A program made the translations under genes and the position numbers. Shown here one piece after another: positions 50,385-62,988 of a DNA stretch of 64,000 nt. Origin of the DNA: Octopus sinensis (lineage: Eukaryota). Every line of letters starts with the position of its first letter. Position 1 is the first letter of the stretch. The stretch spans positions 14,942,001 to 15,006,000 of the forward strand of contig NC_043008.1 of NCBI RefSeq assembly GCF_006345805.1. The letters run 5' to 3'. The notes under the pieces were generated by a model that saw only the letters and a list, made by a program, of their open reading frames with translations, did not search any database and had not been told where the DNA came from.

Positions 50385-51189
50385 GGAAACTATACAGTGG
50401 GTCTGAAAGAAAATAAAGCTGAGACACGGCAGCTCCGTAACGTAGTTTATTTATGATAAATTTATGGTTTCATAGTTTTATTCCTATTTGCTGTCACAGT
50501 ATTGTGTTTACATGCACAAAATCACATGATTTCCCCGACAAAACCACTTAAAAAAATCTATCTTTCATGATGAAGCATGCTAAATCTGTTTTCCAACCAA
50601 AATGCATTTGTGAAATAGGAGTGTGTCTTATGAGAGAATGCGTTTTATACGTTGACAAATACGTTAATTACATTTGGTAACTGACAAGCTTGCATAGAAT
50701 GTCGCCAAGGGCTGAAAGCTTTCATGATTCGCTATTATTATTATTATTATACTCTTCGTCCCGTGTTCAAATTCCGCTGAGGTCGACTTTGCCTTTCATT
50801 CTTTCTGGATGGTTAAAATAAGTACCTGTTGAGTACTGGGGTCGTGTTAATCGACTGCCCCCCCCCGCCTACCTCGAACTCTGTGGCCTTGTGCTAAAAT
50901 TTGAAATCATTACTTCTTTTAGTCTTATATTCTTTAAAATTTTTCTGCGTTAAAAGAGGATTAGATGCTACATATGTGACAGCTTGGTCGCCTACTTTGG
51001 ATTCCGGCTTAGGATGAAGCTACCAGTCAGTGTGACATTTTAATATCCTTGATAACACACAACCACACAAATGTACATACACATACACGCCTACACACAA
51101 ACACACGCATGTCGCTCACGCACGCACACATGCACATATATTAAGTATATTTTTATGGTTATTCTTATGTTCATTTTTTTTATTTTGTG

Positions 51190-51202
51190 GTATGTATGTA
51201 TG

Positions 51203-51235
<33 letters not shown>

Positions 51236-51348
51236 TATATATATGTATATATATGTACATATACATATATGTATATCTGTATATATCTGTATATATATGT
51301 ATATATATGTATATATCTATATATGTATGTATATATATATATATATGT

Positions 51349-51383
<35 letters not shown>

Positions 51384-51401
51384 TATGCATATATATGTAT
51401 G

Positions 51402-51486
<85 letters not shown>

Positions 51487-52170
51487 TGCGCGCGTGTGTG
51501 TGTGTATGCAAGTGCACAACCACAAATATATAATATATAATATTCATAAATATCTTTGAAACTTCGTTCTTTCAGTCATTTCCTCTGTCTGTTTGTCGCT
51601 GTCTCTTCCTCTTTCATCCTTTCTTTCGCCCTCTCTTTCTCTTCATATAATTAGCCACACCTACCCACCCGTTCTCTCTCTCTCTCTCTTTCACAGAAAC
51701 AGGCACACACTCACAATCCCATAGATTCGAATATATGTATGTGAATATTTGTCTGGTCTCTCTCTTTGAGTATGTACATCGATAATATAAACATAACCAT
51801 CAAAGCACACACATACACACAAGTCTATAATAAGTGTATGCATTTATATATATGTATTCGAGTTGCCCACATATGTGTATATGTGTATTTGTGTGTAGTA
51901 GTCTGTAGTTGTATATTTGTGTGTGTATTTGTGTATTTGTGTGTAGTAGTCTGTAGTTGTATATTTGTGTATGTATTTGTGTATTTGTGTTTGTGTGTGG
52001 AAGTGTGTATTTGTGTATTTGTGTGTGGCAGTGTGTATTTGTGTATTTGTGTGTACTAGTGTGTATTTGTGTATTTGTGTGTGGAAGTGTGTATTTGTCT
52101 ATTTGTGTGTAATAGTGTGTATTTATCTATATGTGTGTGGCAGTGTGTATTTGTGTATTTGTGTGTAGAA
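51190..52170. repeat. (TA)n tract and GTGTATTT-based minisatellite
   Basis: Direct reading. Confidence 0.85.
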
Positions 52171-53489
52171 ATGCGTAGTTTTGTGGATTTTTGAGTTTGT
52201 GCATGCATTCAAATATGGCTGCGTATTTTTCCATGCCAAAACGGAAAGTTTTGTTTTTTCTTCTTTTGCTTCAAATCTTGCTTATTAATCTGACTAGCAA
52301 AGCTATTGATCCCGATACAGTCTGCTCTGCTTTTTTCCCACTGCCTTCACATTGATAAGACAAAGTCTTAATCGAATTTCATTGCAGTTGTTGTTATTAT
52401 TACTGTTTAGTTTTTGACACAACACCAACAGAATGAGTCATAATTTGTTTCTGGAGAATATCTATCTGCTCTCTTTCGGCACCCGACTTCCTCCCTCCAT
52501 ACTACCACCGACTGCCACCACAACTACCAGCATTACTAATACTACTACCCACTTGAAGCACCACCACCACCACCAACTCCGTCACCTCTATCCTAACGCT
52601 AACATTGCTACCATTTTCAGTAATTCGTGTATAGGTCATGGTTAACCACAACAAAATATTATTGGCTAGATTTGCGCATTCATAAACATACAAAACATTG
52701 ATTTATTATATACACGAATATACATACATGCATAAATGCATAAATGTGTATATATATATATGTGTGTGTTTATTATTTACATATATGTACATATAAAGCT
52801 ATCATTATCTATAGCTATCTAACTATATATGCTGTTTATTTATCCATACACATATACATGCATGTATATATATATATATGTCTCACTCTCTATATAGATG
52901 TATATATGGATGTATATATATATATATGTATATGTTTATATGCATGTGTGTATTGGTAAATAAACTGCAACTGCCAACTCAATAGTTTTATCTGTATCCC
53001 GGACACTTTAGCTCCAAACCGCCTCGTTCAGTAACCCTAAGCATAACTCTTAGAGGAAGAAGCAGGCGTTATCAGCCCCTCCACACACTCACACCCAAAC
53101 CACACAGGCATAAATCCATATACTTACCCTGTAACCGCATGACTCACCAATATCAGCCAGATACTAGGTCAATTCAATAAGGATTGTTTACTATAACACA
53201 AGGGAATATATTCCTAAAGTGGTAGAGTTGGAGATGATGATGGTGGTGTTGGGGGCTGCAAGCCATCTTTATCGACATGGTAAGGGGAGAAATGCAAATG
53301 GAACGTTCGAATTACGAGTGGATTGACATGAAAAAGTAGAAGAGTGAATTCTGAATAAACAATTAGTTTTATGATTTACTGTTTGTGATTCGTTCGAGTC
53401 AAGTCTTAAAACAATTTAATATATAAAAAGGCAAAGTGGATTATTTGGTTAATCCACAGATCAATGTAATTTTGCGGTTGTTGTTGCTG

Positions 53490-53740
53490 TTGCTGTTGAG
53501 CGAACGGTCTTCGTCCCAGAGCTCGCAAGATGGGAGAAGTCCTAAACGTGGTCCTTTGCTATTTGTAAGATCTGCAGAAGAGAAAGCAGGTCAACCCCCG
53601 ACACCGAGAGCATCGACGGATGGATGAATGCGCATCCAGGCTCAGCGGTTGTGTAGGAAGTCGGGGACAAGAAACAGGAAGAAAGAGTGAGAGAAAGTTG
53701 GAGCGAAAGAGTACAACAGGGGTCGCCACCATCCCCTGCC
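53490..53740 (-). mobile_element. SINE family B (tail 2), head missing
   Basis: Reverse complement matches ~16580-16830. Confidence 0.85.
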
Positions 53741-53741
53741 G

Positions 53742-53965
53742 TTGCTACAGTTAACTCAGCTGTAGAAATGAGTTGTGACGTCACAGGTGCCAAGCTGTAT
53801 CGGCCTTTGCCTTTCCCTTGGACAACAGTGGTGGCGTGGAGAAGGGAGGCCGGTATGCATGGGTGGCTGCTGATCTTCCATAAACAACCTTGCCCGGACT
53901 TGTGCCTGGGAGGGTAACTTTCTAGGTGCAATCCCACGGTCAGTCATGACCGAAGGGGGTCTCAG
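53742..53965 (+). mobile_element. SINE family F, head missing
   Basis: Matches ~29978-30160 plus the tail ATGACCGAAGGGGGTCT. Confidence 0.85.
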
Positions 53966-54486
53966 CATATGAGATGTTTTAGGACAACCACTTTGGCAAC
54001 CGCCGGTTTGTCTTTTGCGTTGCTGATTCGATGTTGACTAGTTTTACATTAGGACATTTTAATGTCTCGTTCTCTCGTTCTCTCTCTCACTGTATCTCTA
54101 CTTGTCAGCTTGCCTGTCTCTGTCTGGTCATGTGTGCGGGAATATTTCTCTTTGTGTACTGGGAGGACAGTGTTTATGTCAATCTTGTTCAGTTGATAAA
54201 TTGTAATATCTATCACTTTCTCTCTCTCACTTTTTCTCTCAGTATGTGTTTATTCCTGCGTGTGCACGCGTGTGCGTATACGTGCGTATGTGTGTTTTTG
54301 TCTGTGTGTGTGTTTGCCTCCATCTTCAAAAATTACTGTCGCCAAAACAGGCTGAATGTGCATTCAACCGTGTCAAATCATCAACGGCTAAACAGCTGCG
54401 CCCAATAACATCCTCAGCGAAGCATAGACTTCATTGTACCTACCGAAGCTGTGGCAAACGAATCGTTTCGTATATGCACACTATAT

Positions 54487-54899
54487 GGATATTTTCGGTT
54501 TGAACGGTAGTTTTTAACATAATTTCTAAGTAACTAAAAAATTTTAAACTTCGTATACTGGTAGAATGTGTTTATAAAACATCTTTTTCTCTTGGCTATA
54601 GTTTGTAAGATATTTGTTATTTTTTTTTTCAATTTCTGCAATTTCAACCAATCACTGACGTCCATTGAAGTAAACAACATTCTGTGTCGTATGAATATGT
54701 CCCTCGTTTAAGAAACAGATTGGGTTTATTTACATTTGTGAAGAAAAAAAGATAACCTTCCTCCCACCCCTAACCCTAACCCTAACCCTAACTCTAAAAC
54801 AGATTGAAATACAATAGATCGATACTAGGGTCATAATTATGGGTGACAATTTCATATGACACCGCTAGAAAAAAACTGCCGTTCAAACCGAAAAGATCC
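54487..54899. mobile_element. MITE with (CCCTAA)n tract, copy 2
   Basis: Same TIR as 23817; TSD CACTATAT (54479-54486, 54900-54907). Confidence 0.9.
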
Positions 54900-55924
54900 C
54901 ACTATATATATTAAATAAACATAGAAAATTAGCACAGTTTAGAAAAAAAATTACTCAGTGATGCCAACTACAAGAAAAACAACAGTTAAGTCTCTGTCAA
55001 AATATTTAATGGCGTGAACATTAAAAAGTTAATTATGTGCTGAAGAAAATACAATATTCGTTAATGACTTGATAATTAGTTGCTATACAATTCATGATTG
55101 AGGACATTGTGACTCTCTTGTGAATATTTAAAAAGAAGGATAGTTTATCATGCTATGATAACAAACTGTGTTAAAGAAGAAAAACTGTAACGAACGGGTT
55201 AAAGGAAAATGTATTTGAAATGTGTTGTGTTTTAAACATTGACAGATTCCGTTACGTACATACGAATAACACCACCGTTTATCGAAAATATTTGGTTGCG
55301 CGAAAGAAAATATAGACAACGTATAAAATAAAATTGTCTGTGATAGAGCCTGCCAAAGTTTACACCAGTAGTGCCAAGAACGGTAATCTTTACTTAGTGG
55401 AAAACTACTACATTTTGATACAAAATTGTAAGCTTCTTAACCAGAATCAAAGACTAATCTAAAAATGCAGACACAACAACAAAACCAAAACCAGATATCT
55501 TAAACCGTTACATTCAGACTGATAAAATTTCAGCAGTCGCCACAAGATAGTTACTGTCTGTGTCACAGCAATACCTAATCAAAGATGTGTGCTAATATCT
55601 TTATTCTACGTATTTTGGACAGAATGAAAGCTAAAGAGAAAATTTGCTAACGGAATCATTTTGTTCGACATTCAGTTTGCTTAATAAATAGTTTGTTAGT
55701 TCTTCTTATAACTGTTTCCATCAATAGTAAACCAAAATCAGAATGTCGGTCATCTCACTTGTGTGAGATTTACGTTATAACACGTATAAAAGCTACATAT
55801 CACAACTTCTTCATTTTACTTTGTAAATATACGAATATTGGTTTATTAGAAGGAAAAGAGACGGCCTTTCCGATAGGTCAGGAAGGATCTGTCTCAAGCA
55901 TTTTTATTACAGAAAATTTGCAGT

Positions 55925-56630
55925 TAATAATCCTTTTTACTACAGACACAACATATTTTTACTATAGGCACAAACGCTTATTTCTTTACTATAGGCACAA
56001 CGTTTTTTTACTAGAGGCACAAACGCTTTTTTCTTTACTATAAGCATCACGTTTTTTTTTACTATAGGCACACACGCTTTTTTCTTTACTATAAGCACCA
56101 CGTTTTTTTACTATAGGCACAACGTTTTTTCTTTACTATAGGCACAACGCTTTTTTCTTTACTATAGGCACACACGCTTTTTTCTTTACTATAAGCACCA
56201 CGTTTTTTTACTATAGGCACAACGTTTTTTCTTTACTATAGGCACAACGCTTTTTTCTTTACTATGGGCACCACGTTTTTTTCTTTACTATAGGCACAAG
56301 CACTTTTTTCTTTACTATAGGCACGACGCTTTTTTCTTTACTATAGGCACAACGTTTTTACTTTACTATAGACACAAACGCTTTTTTCTTTACTATAGGC
56401 TCCATGATATTTTTTATAGGCACAAGGTTTTTTCTTTACTATAGGCACAAACGCTTTTTTCTTTACTATAGACACAAAGCTTGAAACTTATGGGATGACT
56501 CCAGTCGTTTACATTGACTCCAGTGCTCGATTGGTACTTATTTGATCGACCTCGAAAGGATGAAAGGCAAAGTCGACCTCGGTCGTATTTGATCTCAGAA
56601 TGTAAAACTGGAAGAAATGCCGTTAAGGAG
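55925..56630 (-). mobile_element. Family D (tail ii) SINE whose tail expanded into a ~27-bp minisatellite
   Basis: Repeats of TTTTTCTTTACTATAGGCACAA(A)CGC at ~55950-56475 run into the D core and B-box at 56500-56630. Confidence 0.85.
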
Positions 56631-56668
56631 ACTCAGTGTGCATTCAACCGTGTCAAAACAGGCTGAAT

Positions 56669-56950
56669 GTTGTTGTTTGTTCCTTCTCGAGCCATGCATG
56701 GCTCATAAGGGCCGGTTTCCCGGTTTCCTTGGCGTATAGGTCCCCCACCTGGACGGGAAAACCGGTCCGTCGCAGGTGAGCTGCAAGATGCAGGAGGAAT
56801 GTGGCGGAGGAATCAGCAGAAGTTCGCCATTACCTTCTGCCGGAGCTGCATGGAGCTTAGGTGTTTCATTCATAAACACACACATGGCCCAGTCTGAGAT
56901 TCGAACCCGCGATCCCTCGACCGCGAGCTCGCTGCTCTAACCACTAGACG
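56669..56950 (-). mobile_element. SINE family C
   Basis: Reverse complement of 18030-18328. Confidence 0.9.
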
Positions 56951-56954
56951 CGAA

Positions 56955-57152
56955 AGCTCTCTTGGAAACTTTTCTTTTTGGTAATAAAGAACCTAAATTC
57001 TTCGAACAGGGGATTAAAGAGCTACCCAACAGGTGGCGAAAGGTTATAGAAGCAAGTGGCAACTATTGTATTGATTAAATACATTTTTCACAATTATTTA
57101 CGTTGTTTTGGTTTTCACCAAATAAAACGAACGGACTTTTTGGCCAACCCAA
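56955..57152 (+). mobile_element. Mariner 3' end fragment
   Basis: Encodes FFEQGIKELPNRWRKVIEASGNYCID*; ends in TIR ACGGACTTTTTGGCCAACCCAA followed by TA. Confidence 0.85.
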
Positions 57153-57349
57153 TATATCAAAATATACATCAAAATTCGAAATCACCGGTGATCTGGCTAT
57201 GTCCGCTAGGGAGATGTCTCCCTTGTCAGCTCATTAAGATAGTGCTTCTCTGGCAATTGAGTTACTTTAACTCTTATTTCTAGCTATGCTAGTACCACTT
57301 AGTACCCTTTGTTACTTTAGTAACGTCTATAAATTTGCCTTTAAGGTTG

Positions 57350-57402
<53 letters not shown>

Positions 57403-57562
57403 GCAAGATTTTTTATGTGAAGTCGTGTGTTGAAACAGATATTATTATATTTCGGAATGGTCATTTTGCCAGTTTAGCCAATAAAAACATATGCACTATA
57501 TATTTGGTGTTACTTTGCTTCAGTGTTATTTATTTTTTACATTAATCTTAATCTTATTTCAG

Positions 57563-57602
57563 CCAGAGTTCTTTCGTCACACTCCTGTGACCGCATCAGT
57601 GG
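57563..57602 (-). ncRNA. Minimal hammerhead-ribozyme-like motif in a Penelope-like 3' region
   Basis: Reverse complement CCA-CTGATGC-G-GTCAC(AGGAGT)GTGAC-GAAA-G-AA-C-TC-TGG; the core has C at A9. Confidence 0.55.
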
Positions 57603-57907
57603 TCCTTTGTTTTCTTCTTTCTTATTTGTGTCTCTCCTTACTAACCGTCAGCCATTTTGTATTTCTATTGTATGTCTTCTTTTGCGCATGCTTATATCTC
57701 TATGTGCGTCTATCTTTATTTAGTGTGTGTATGCTTGTATGTATGTGTGTATAACAACAATACTAGTAATAATAATAATAATAAATAAAAAACAAACTTA
57801 TATAGTTATTTATTTCTATTTGTTTATTTATCTGTGTATTTTATTTATTATGTTTTACGTTTTCGGTTTTGTTTATATAGTAACCAGTTTATTGGGATCC
57901 TCTACCG

Positions 57908-58195
57908 TCATGTGTTGTGGTGTGTGCTAGTGTTCCATTCTAGTTTCCTATTCAGGCTAGGTTTATTTTCTATTATGTGTGTAGCTTCTGTAATTTGTCT
58001 GATTGTTGCATCTGTTCTATGTGTGGACAATATTTTAATTTCTATGTTGTTGATTGATCTCCCGTATTCCTGTTCGGCGTGTTGGTACAGAATCGATGAG
58101 CTTTTACCTTCCTTGAGTTCTCTCCAATGTACATTTACCTGCTCTCCTATGCTTCTTGCCGTTTCCCCTACGTATGTCGTTGTCTTGTTACTGCA
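57908..58195 (-). pseudogene. GIY-YIG endonuclease C-terminal fragment of a Penelope-like retroelement
   Basis: C..YVGETARS...HW...SILYQH...IKILS.H...RQITEA..I...KPSLNRKLEW, the typical PLE GIY-YIG layout; the N-terminus is replaced by (GA)n. Confidence 0.85.
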
Positions 58196-58867
58196 TCGAG
58201 AGAAAGAAAGAAAGAGAGAGAAGAAATAACCGTGTATTAGTGTACTGGACCTAAGGCCATGTCCAAATGCAGTTCCTGTGACAATCTTTACAGTTTGCTT
58301 TCTTTCGCTGTCTCTCTCTTTCTCTCTCTCTCTCTCAGACACGCACTTTCTTTCAAACATATACACTCACTCTGATACATACACACAGATACATACACAC
58401 AGGCCCACACACACAGGCCCACACACACATACATACATATATATATATACATACCTCCACACACGTGTGTAAGTATATTAAATATAAGATTTAGTGCGAA
58501 ACAAATGAAGTTTTAATAAAGTTATATCGGAATATATGTAGATTCTACTTACCTGATTCTTAGAACATTACCATTTTCGCTTTCTTGATAAGGTTTTGAG
58601 GACAGGACAGAAATGTAATATATATCTGTATAATTCGTATTTTAGGAGGACATCGACACTAAAGTATTGTGAAGCAATTTGCTAAGAAGTCTTCACTTCT
58701 GTTTAATGTAATATTCAGAGAACAGCTGAGCAAGTAGGCAGAACTAAATGTCTGGTTTATGTTTAAATGCTCAAATTTTTATTTCCATTTACAGTATACT
58801 AAAAATACTTTGATTGCTGCCGTTTTCTTATTAGGGCCTTATTGTATCCAGGTAAATTTTCCTCTGT

Positions 58868-59186
58868 GGAGACGCAATGGCCCAGTGGTTAATGCAACGG
58901 ACTAGCGGTCGGAGGATCGCGGTTTCGATTTCCAGACAGGGTGCTTTGTGTGTTTATTGAGCGAAAACCCCTAAAAGCACCACGATGCTCTGGCAGGGGG
59001 TGGTGGCGACCCCTGTAGTACTCTTTCGTCACAACTTTCTCTCACTCTCTCTTCCTGTTTCTTCAATAACGCTGCGATGGACTGGCGTCCCGTCCAACTG
59101 GGGGGAACACATACGCCACAGAAACCGGGAAACCGGGCCCATGAGCCTGGCTAGGCTTCAAAAGGGCTGAGAAGAGAAGAAAGAAG
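58868..59186 (+). mobile_element. SINE family B, tail variant 3 (shared with family C)
   Basis: B head and body, then GGCGTCCCGTCC...GAAACCGGGAAACCGG; TSD AAATTTTCCT at 58854-58863 and 59187-59196. Confidence 0.85.
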
Positions 59187-59484
59187 AAATTTTCCTGTTA
59201 TGTTTATTTGATAAGACAAAGCTAAGATATTTCGTTTTAGTATTTGGTTTGTGAGATTCTTGCTGTGAACTCATGTGTTGAAATAAATTTTTGTATCTCG
59301 GGAGGGTCATTATACAAATCATAATCTCACGCACTGGTTAATTGTTTAATAATTCAACCAATCAACTGATCAGTTGTTTGATTAATTATCCCGTTAATTA
59401 ATTAATCCATCAGTTAGGTACTTATACTACAATGAACCTATAATTACAAGTTCATCTCTTTAACAATATTTTATTCCTATATTA

Positions 59485-59897
59485 GGACAGCGAGCTGGCA
59501 GAATCGTTAGCACGCTGAGCGTAATGCTTAGCAGTATTTCGTTTGCCGTTACGTTCTGAGTTCAAATTCCTGCCGAAGTCGGCATTTCCTTTCATCCTTT
59601 CGGGGTCGATTAAATAAGTACCAGTTACGCACTGGGGTCGATATTATCGACTTAATCCGTTTGTTTGTCCTTGTTTGTCCTCTCTGTGTTTAGCCCCTTG
59701 TGGGTAGTAAAGAAAAAGAAATAGGTATTTCGTCTGTCTTTACGTTCTGAGTTCAAATTCCGCCGAAGTCGGTATTGCCTTTCATCCTTTCAGGGTCGAT
59801 TAAATAAGTACCAGTTACGCACTGGGGTTGATGTAATCGACTTAATCCCTTTGTTTGTCCTCTCTCTGTTTAGCCCTCTGTTGGCAATAAAGAAATA
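59485..59897 (+). mobile_element. SINE family D dimer
   Basis: Junction GAAATA|GGTATTTC at ~59723. Confidence 0.9.
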
Positions 59898-60296
59898 ATT
59901 ATTTTATTCTTGTACAGACTCATGGGAGAGAAAACTTTTTCTTTTATGTTAATCCTTTTATCCGGAGAAATAGTGGCATAAATAATGTGGTATTTCTTTT
60001 ATAGAGTATCAAACTATCGAGTTTTCGGCCTGCATAAGTCTTTTCGAAAAAAAAATAAAAAACAAAAAACTACATTTCTCGCCTGGATATTTCCGATAGG
60101 CAGAATTGTTAGGGTGTCGGACAAAATACATTATGATGTTTTAATAAAATCTGTTACGTTCTAAGCTTAAAGTGTATCGGAGTCAAAATTTTCCGTCTCA
60201 CGAGGCCGATAAAATAAGATACGCTGTCCTTCCATACTTTGTAGTCTTGTTCTTGTGCCTCTGCAAGAAACCAATATATGTTTTATTTTTTTAATG

Positions 60297-60570
60297 TTCC
60301 TTCTCTAGTCATCCGTGGCTCATAAGGCGTATAGGTTCTCCACCTGGACGAGACGCCAGATCGTCGCAGGTGAGCTGCAAGATGCAGGAGGAAAGATTGA
60401 GAGAAAGTTGGGGCGAAAGAGTCAGCAGAAGTTCGCCATCATCTTCTGCTGGAGCCGCGTGGAGCTTAGGTGCTTCGCTCATAAACATACAAACCGCCCT
60501 GTCCGAGATTCGAACCCCGTTCCCTCGACCGCGAGTCCGCTGCTCTAACCTTTAGGCCATGTGCCTCCAC
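60297..60570 (-). mobile_element. SINE family C
   Basis: Reverse complement of the C consensus. Confidence 0.85.
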
Positions 60571-60577
60571 TTTATTT

Positions 60578-60900
60578 ATTGGGTTGTCAGATAAACTTGT
60601 TCGTTTTTTTTCTTACTATTTATTTTAATTCTTATTTTTCATCAACAATTTCAACAATTCAGTCATTAATTTAGTTTCCAATGTTCGCGATTTTTTGCCA
60701 ACGTCCCACAAACTTGCCAATGCATTAACGGTCGAAGTCGCCTCGTTATAACTCGAAGAATTCAGCGAGTCACATTTTCAGCTCAAATTCTTTGTTGAAC
60801 GAAACGTCTTGTAGACTGTTGGAGAGCGATCAAAAACTACATTAATCTGAAGATGCTTTATCAGGGAGAATATGGTGGGTTGGGTGGAGCGTATCAAGCA
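60578..60900 (-). mobile_element. Old mariner 3' fragment
   Basis: TIR-like TATTGGGTTGTCAGATAAACTTG; minus translation LHP...PDKASSD*CSF*SLSNSLQDVSFN...EFFE...GRWQKI matches a decayed mariner C-terminus. Confidence 0.75.
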
Positions 60901-61074
60901 AGTTTGTGAATAATATTTTTGGTCAAATTAGCGATGTAGGGGATTTAGTTAGAGATCGGAACGATTGTTAGGTGTTCATTTAACTTTTAATTTACGGGGA
61001 CCAGCACAGCCGACGGGGAAGCGGCGATATGGTCACTAAAAAACAGAATGATGCATTGGATAAAATGGCCTTAG

Positions 61075-61925
61075 ATTGACATAGAGCAAAAAGACAAGCT
61101 AGTTACGGCTGGAATGTGTTTCATCATAGATTTACCTGCTTCATTGAAAACAACAACAACAACAACAACATTGTTGACAATATCGACGACAACAACCGAC
61201 AACATCAACAACAGCAGCAGCCGTCCAAGAATTTGGACCTGGAGATCTCCATTTCCAGCGACTTCGAGGGACACCTCCCAGTGGTTTCGGGCGTCAACGA
61301 AGAGCCCTCGACTACAACAAAATGACCAAAGTTTTTCTTCCAAGGTCTGGGGTCTCCCGCCCCTAAGCCCTAGACCATCAACTAATCACCCTTACCCGTC
61401 TTGTTACTTAACATCATCAAGAAGAAGAAGAAGAAGAAGAAGAAGAAGAGAAGAAGAAGAAGAACAACAACAACAACAACAACATTGTTGACAATATCGA
61501 CGACAACAACCGACAACATCAACAACAGCAGCAGCCGTCCAAGAATTTGGACCTGGAGATCTCCATTTCCAGCGACTTCGAGGGACACCTCCCAGTGGTT
61601 TCGGGCGTCAACGAAGAGCCCTCGACTACAACAAAATGACCAAAGTTTTTCTTCCAAGGTCTGGGGTCTCCCGCCCCTAAGCCCTAGACCATCAACTAAT
61701 CACCCTTACCCGTCTTGTTACTTAACATCATCAAGAAGAAGAAGAAGAAGAACAACAACAACAACAACAACAACAACAGCAGCAGCAGCAGTATCGCCTT
61801 ATGACACGGATAAATCGGCCATAGGTACACTGTCTGGAAGAATAGGATGTTCACTGCTGGAAGACATTTGCTCTTTTATAGATAAACAACAATTGAACTT
61901 TGGTAAAGATGAAGAATGTAGGTAG
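61075..61925 (+). pseudogene. Coding-like segment containing a 314-bp tandem duplication (pseudo-exon or mis-assembled exon)
   Basis: IDIEQKDKLVTAGMCFIIDLP... and a GC3-rich frame DLEISISSDFEGHLPVVSGVNEEPSTTTK*; the block repeats at 61171 and 61485. Confidence 0.4.
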
Positions 61926-61944
61926 TCGTAGTACTTTTGACAGG

Positions 61945-62290
61945 TAAGAGACGTTTTGGCGCAACTGTTTTGACGCCGCTTATTTGGCGTCGTTGACTGC
62001 ACGCCGAAGGCTGACTTATTTGACATCAGACATTTTAATGTTTCTCTCGTTCCCTCTCTGTTTATGTGTACGGGCATCTCGTTATGTTTGTGTGTATGAG
62101 AAATATCTCTCTCTCCCTCTCTCTCTCACTCTCTATACTTATGTGCATATCTCTGTGCGAGAGAGAGAGAGAGAGAGAGTGTGTGTGTGTGTTTGCCTTC
62201 AGTGCTAAAAAATGCTGCCACCAAAAACAGAATGAATGTCCAGCCATGCCAAATCGTCAGCGTCCAATCAGCCACGCACAATCATTTCAT
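61945..62290 (+). mobile_element. Dispersed ~350-bp repeat (same family as 18645)
   Basis: Shared 5' block and shared GCGTCCAATCA 3' block. Confidence 0.55.
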
Positions 62291-62554
62291 CCTTACAACT
62301 GACTCAGTACTATTCAGATAGATCCGTTCGCAAACAAAGTTCAAATTTACTAAAGTTGACATTTTGACCGGCGCAACTCTTGGATCGATAAAATATTCAC
62401 ATCAATAAATATCAACAACTTGACTTCGATGGAGTTTGAATTCGGAGCGCAAAATTCTAGGTCAAATACTGCTAGGTCTGTTGTCCGACGCTCTAACGTT
62501 TCTGTCAATTTACCGTAAACACTAATTTAGTTTCAATTTATGGAATGAGAAGAA

Positions 62555-62718
62555 TTAGTCGATTACACCGACCCCAGCGTTCAACTGGTCTTATTAAATC
62601 GAGCCCGAATAGATGAAAGGTAAATTCGGTGGAATTTGAAATCAGGACGTTTAACCGGAAGAAATGCCGCTCAGCATTTTGCCTGGCACCCTAATGATTC
62701 TGCCATTTCGCCGCCTTA
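62555..62718 (-). mobile_element. SINE family D, diverged monomer
   Basis: Reverse complement begins AAGGCGGCGAAATGGCAGAATCATTAG. Confidence 0.7.
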
Positions 62719-62988
62719 AAGCACCAAATAATGTATTAAAAAACAAATAAATAACGGAGAATTCTGCAGACTGACCAATCATGACATTTGTGTGTGACTA
62801 GGATGGACCGATTAGAATTAATAATTGAATCCATTAATCCGTTGTCTATCTTGTGTATCACATATGATACATCGGAAATATTTATCGAGCCTCCATTCAT
62901 CATATATGATACACACTCCCGATTGTTTTTCGACGACCAGAGTAACTTGGGACTTATGAAAGGAGAGCTTGATATTACTCAGAACATA

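Noticed and set aside
62818-62988. Zinc-finger-like minus ORF (FRCIICD)
   Set aside because: No His pair or linker, and the frame is split by the SINE stack; probably chance.
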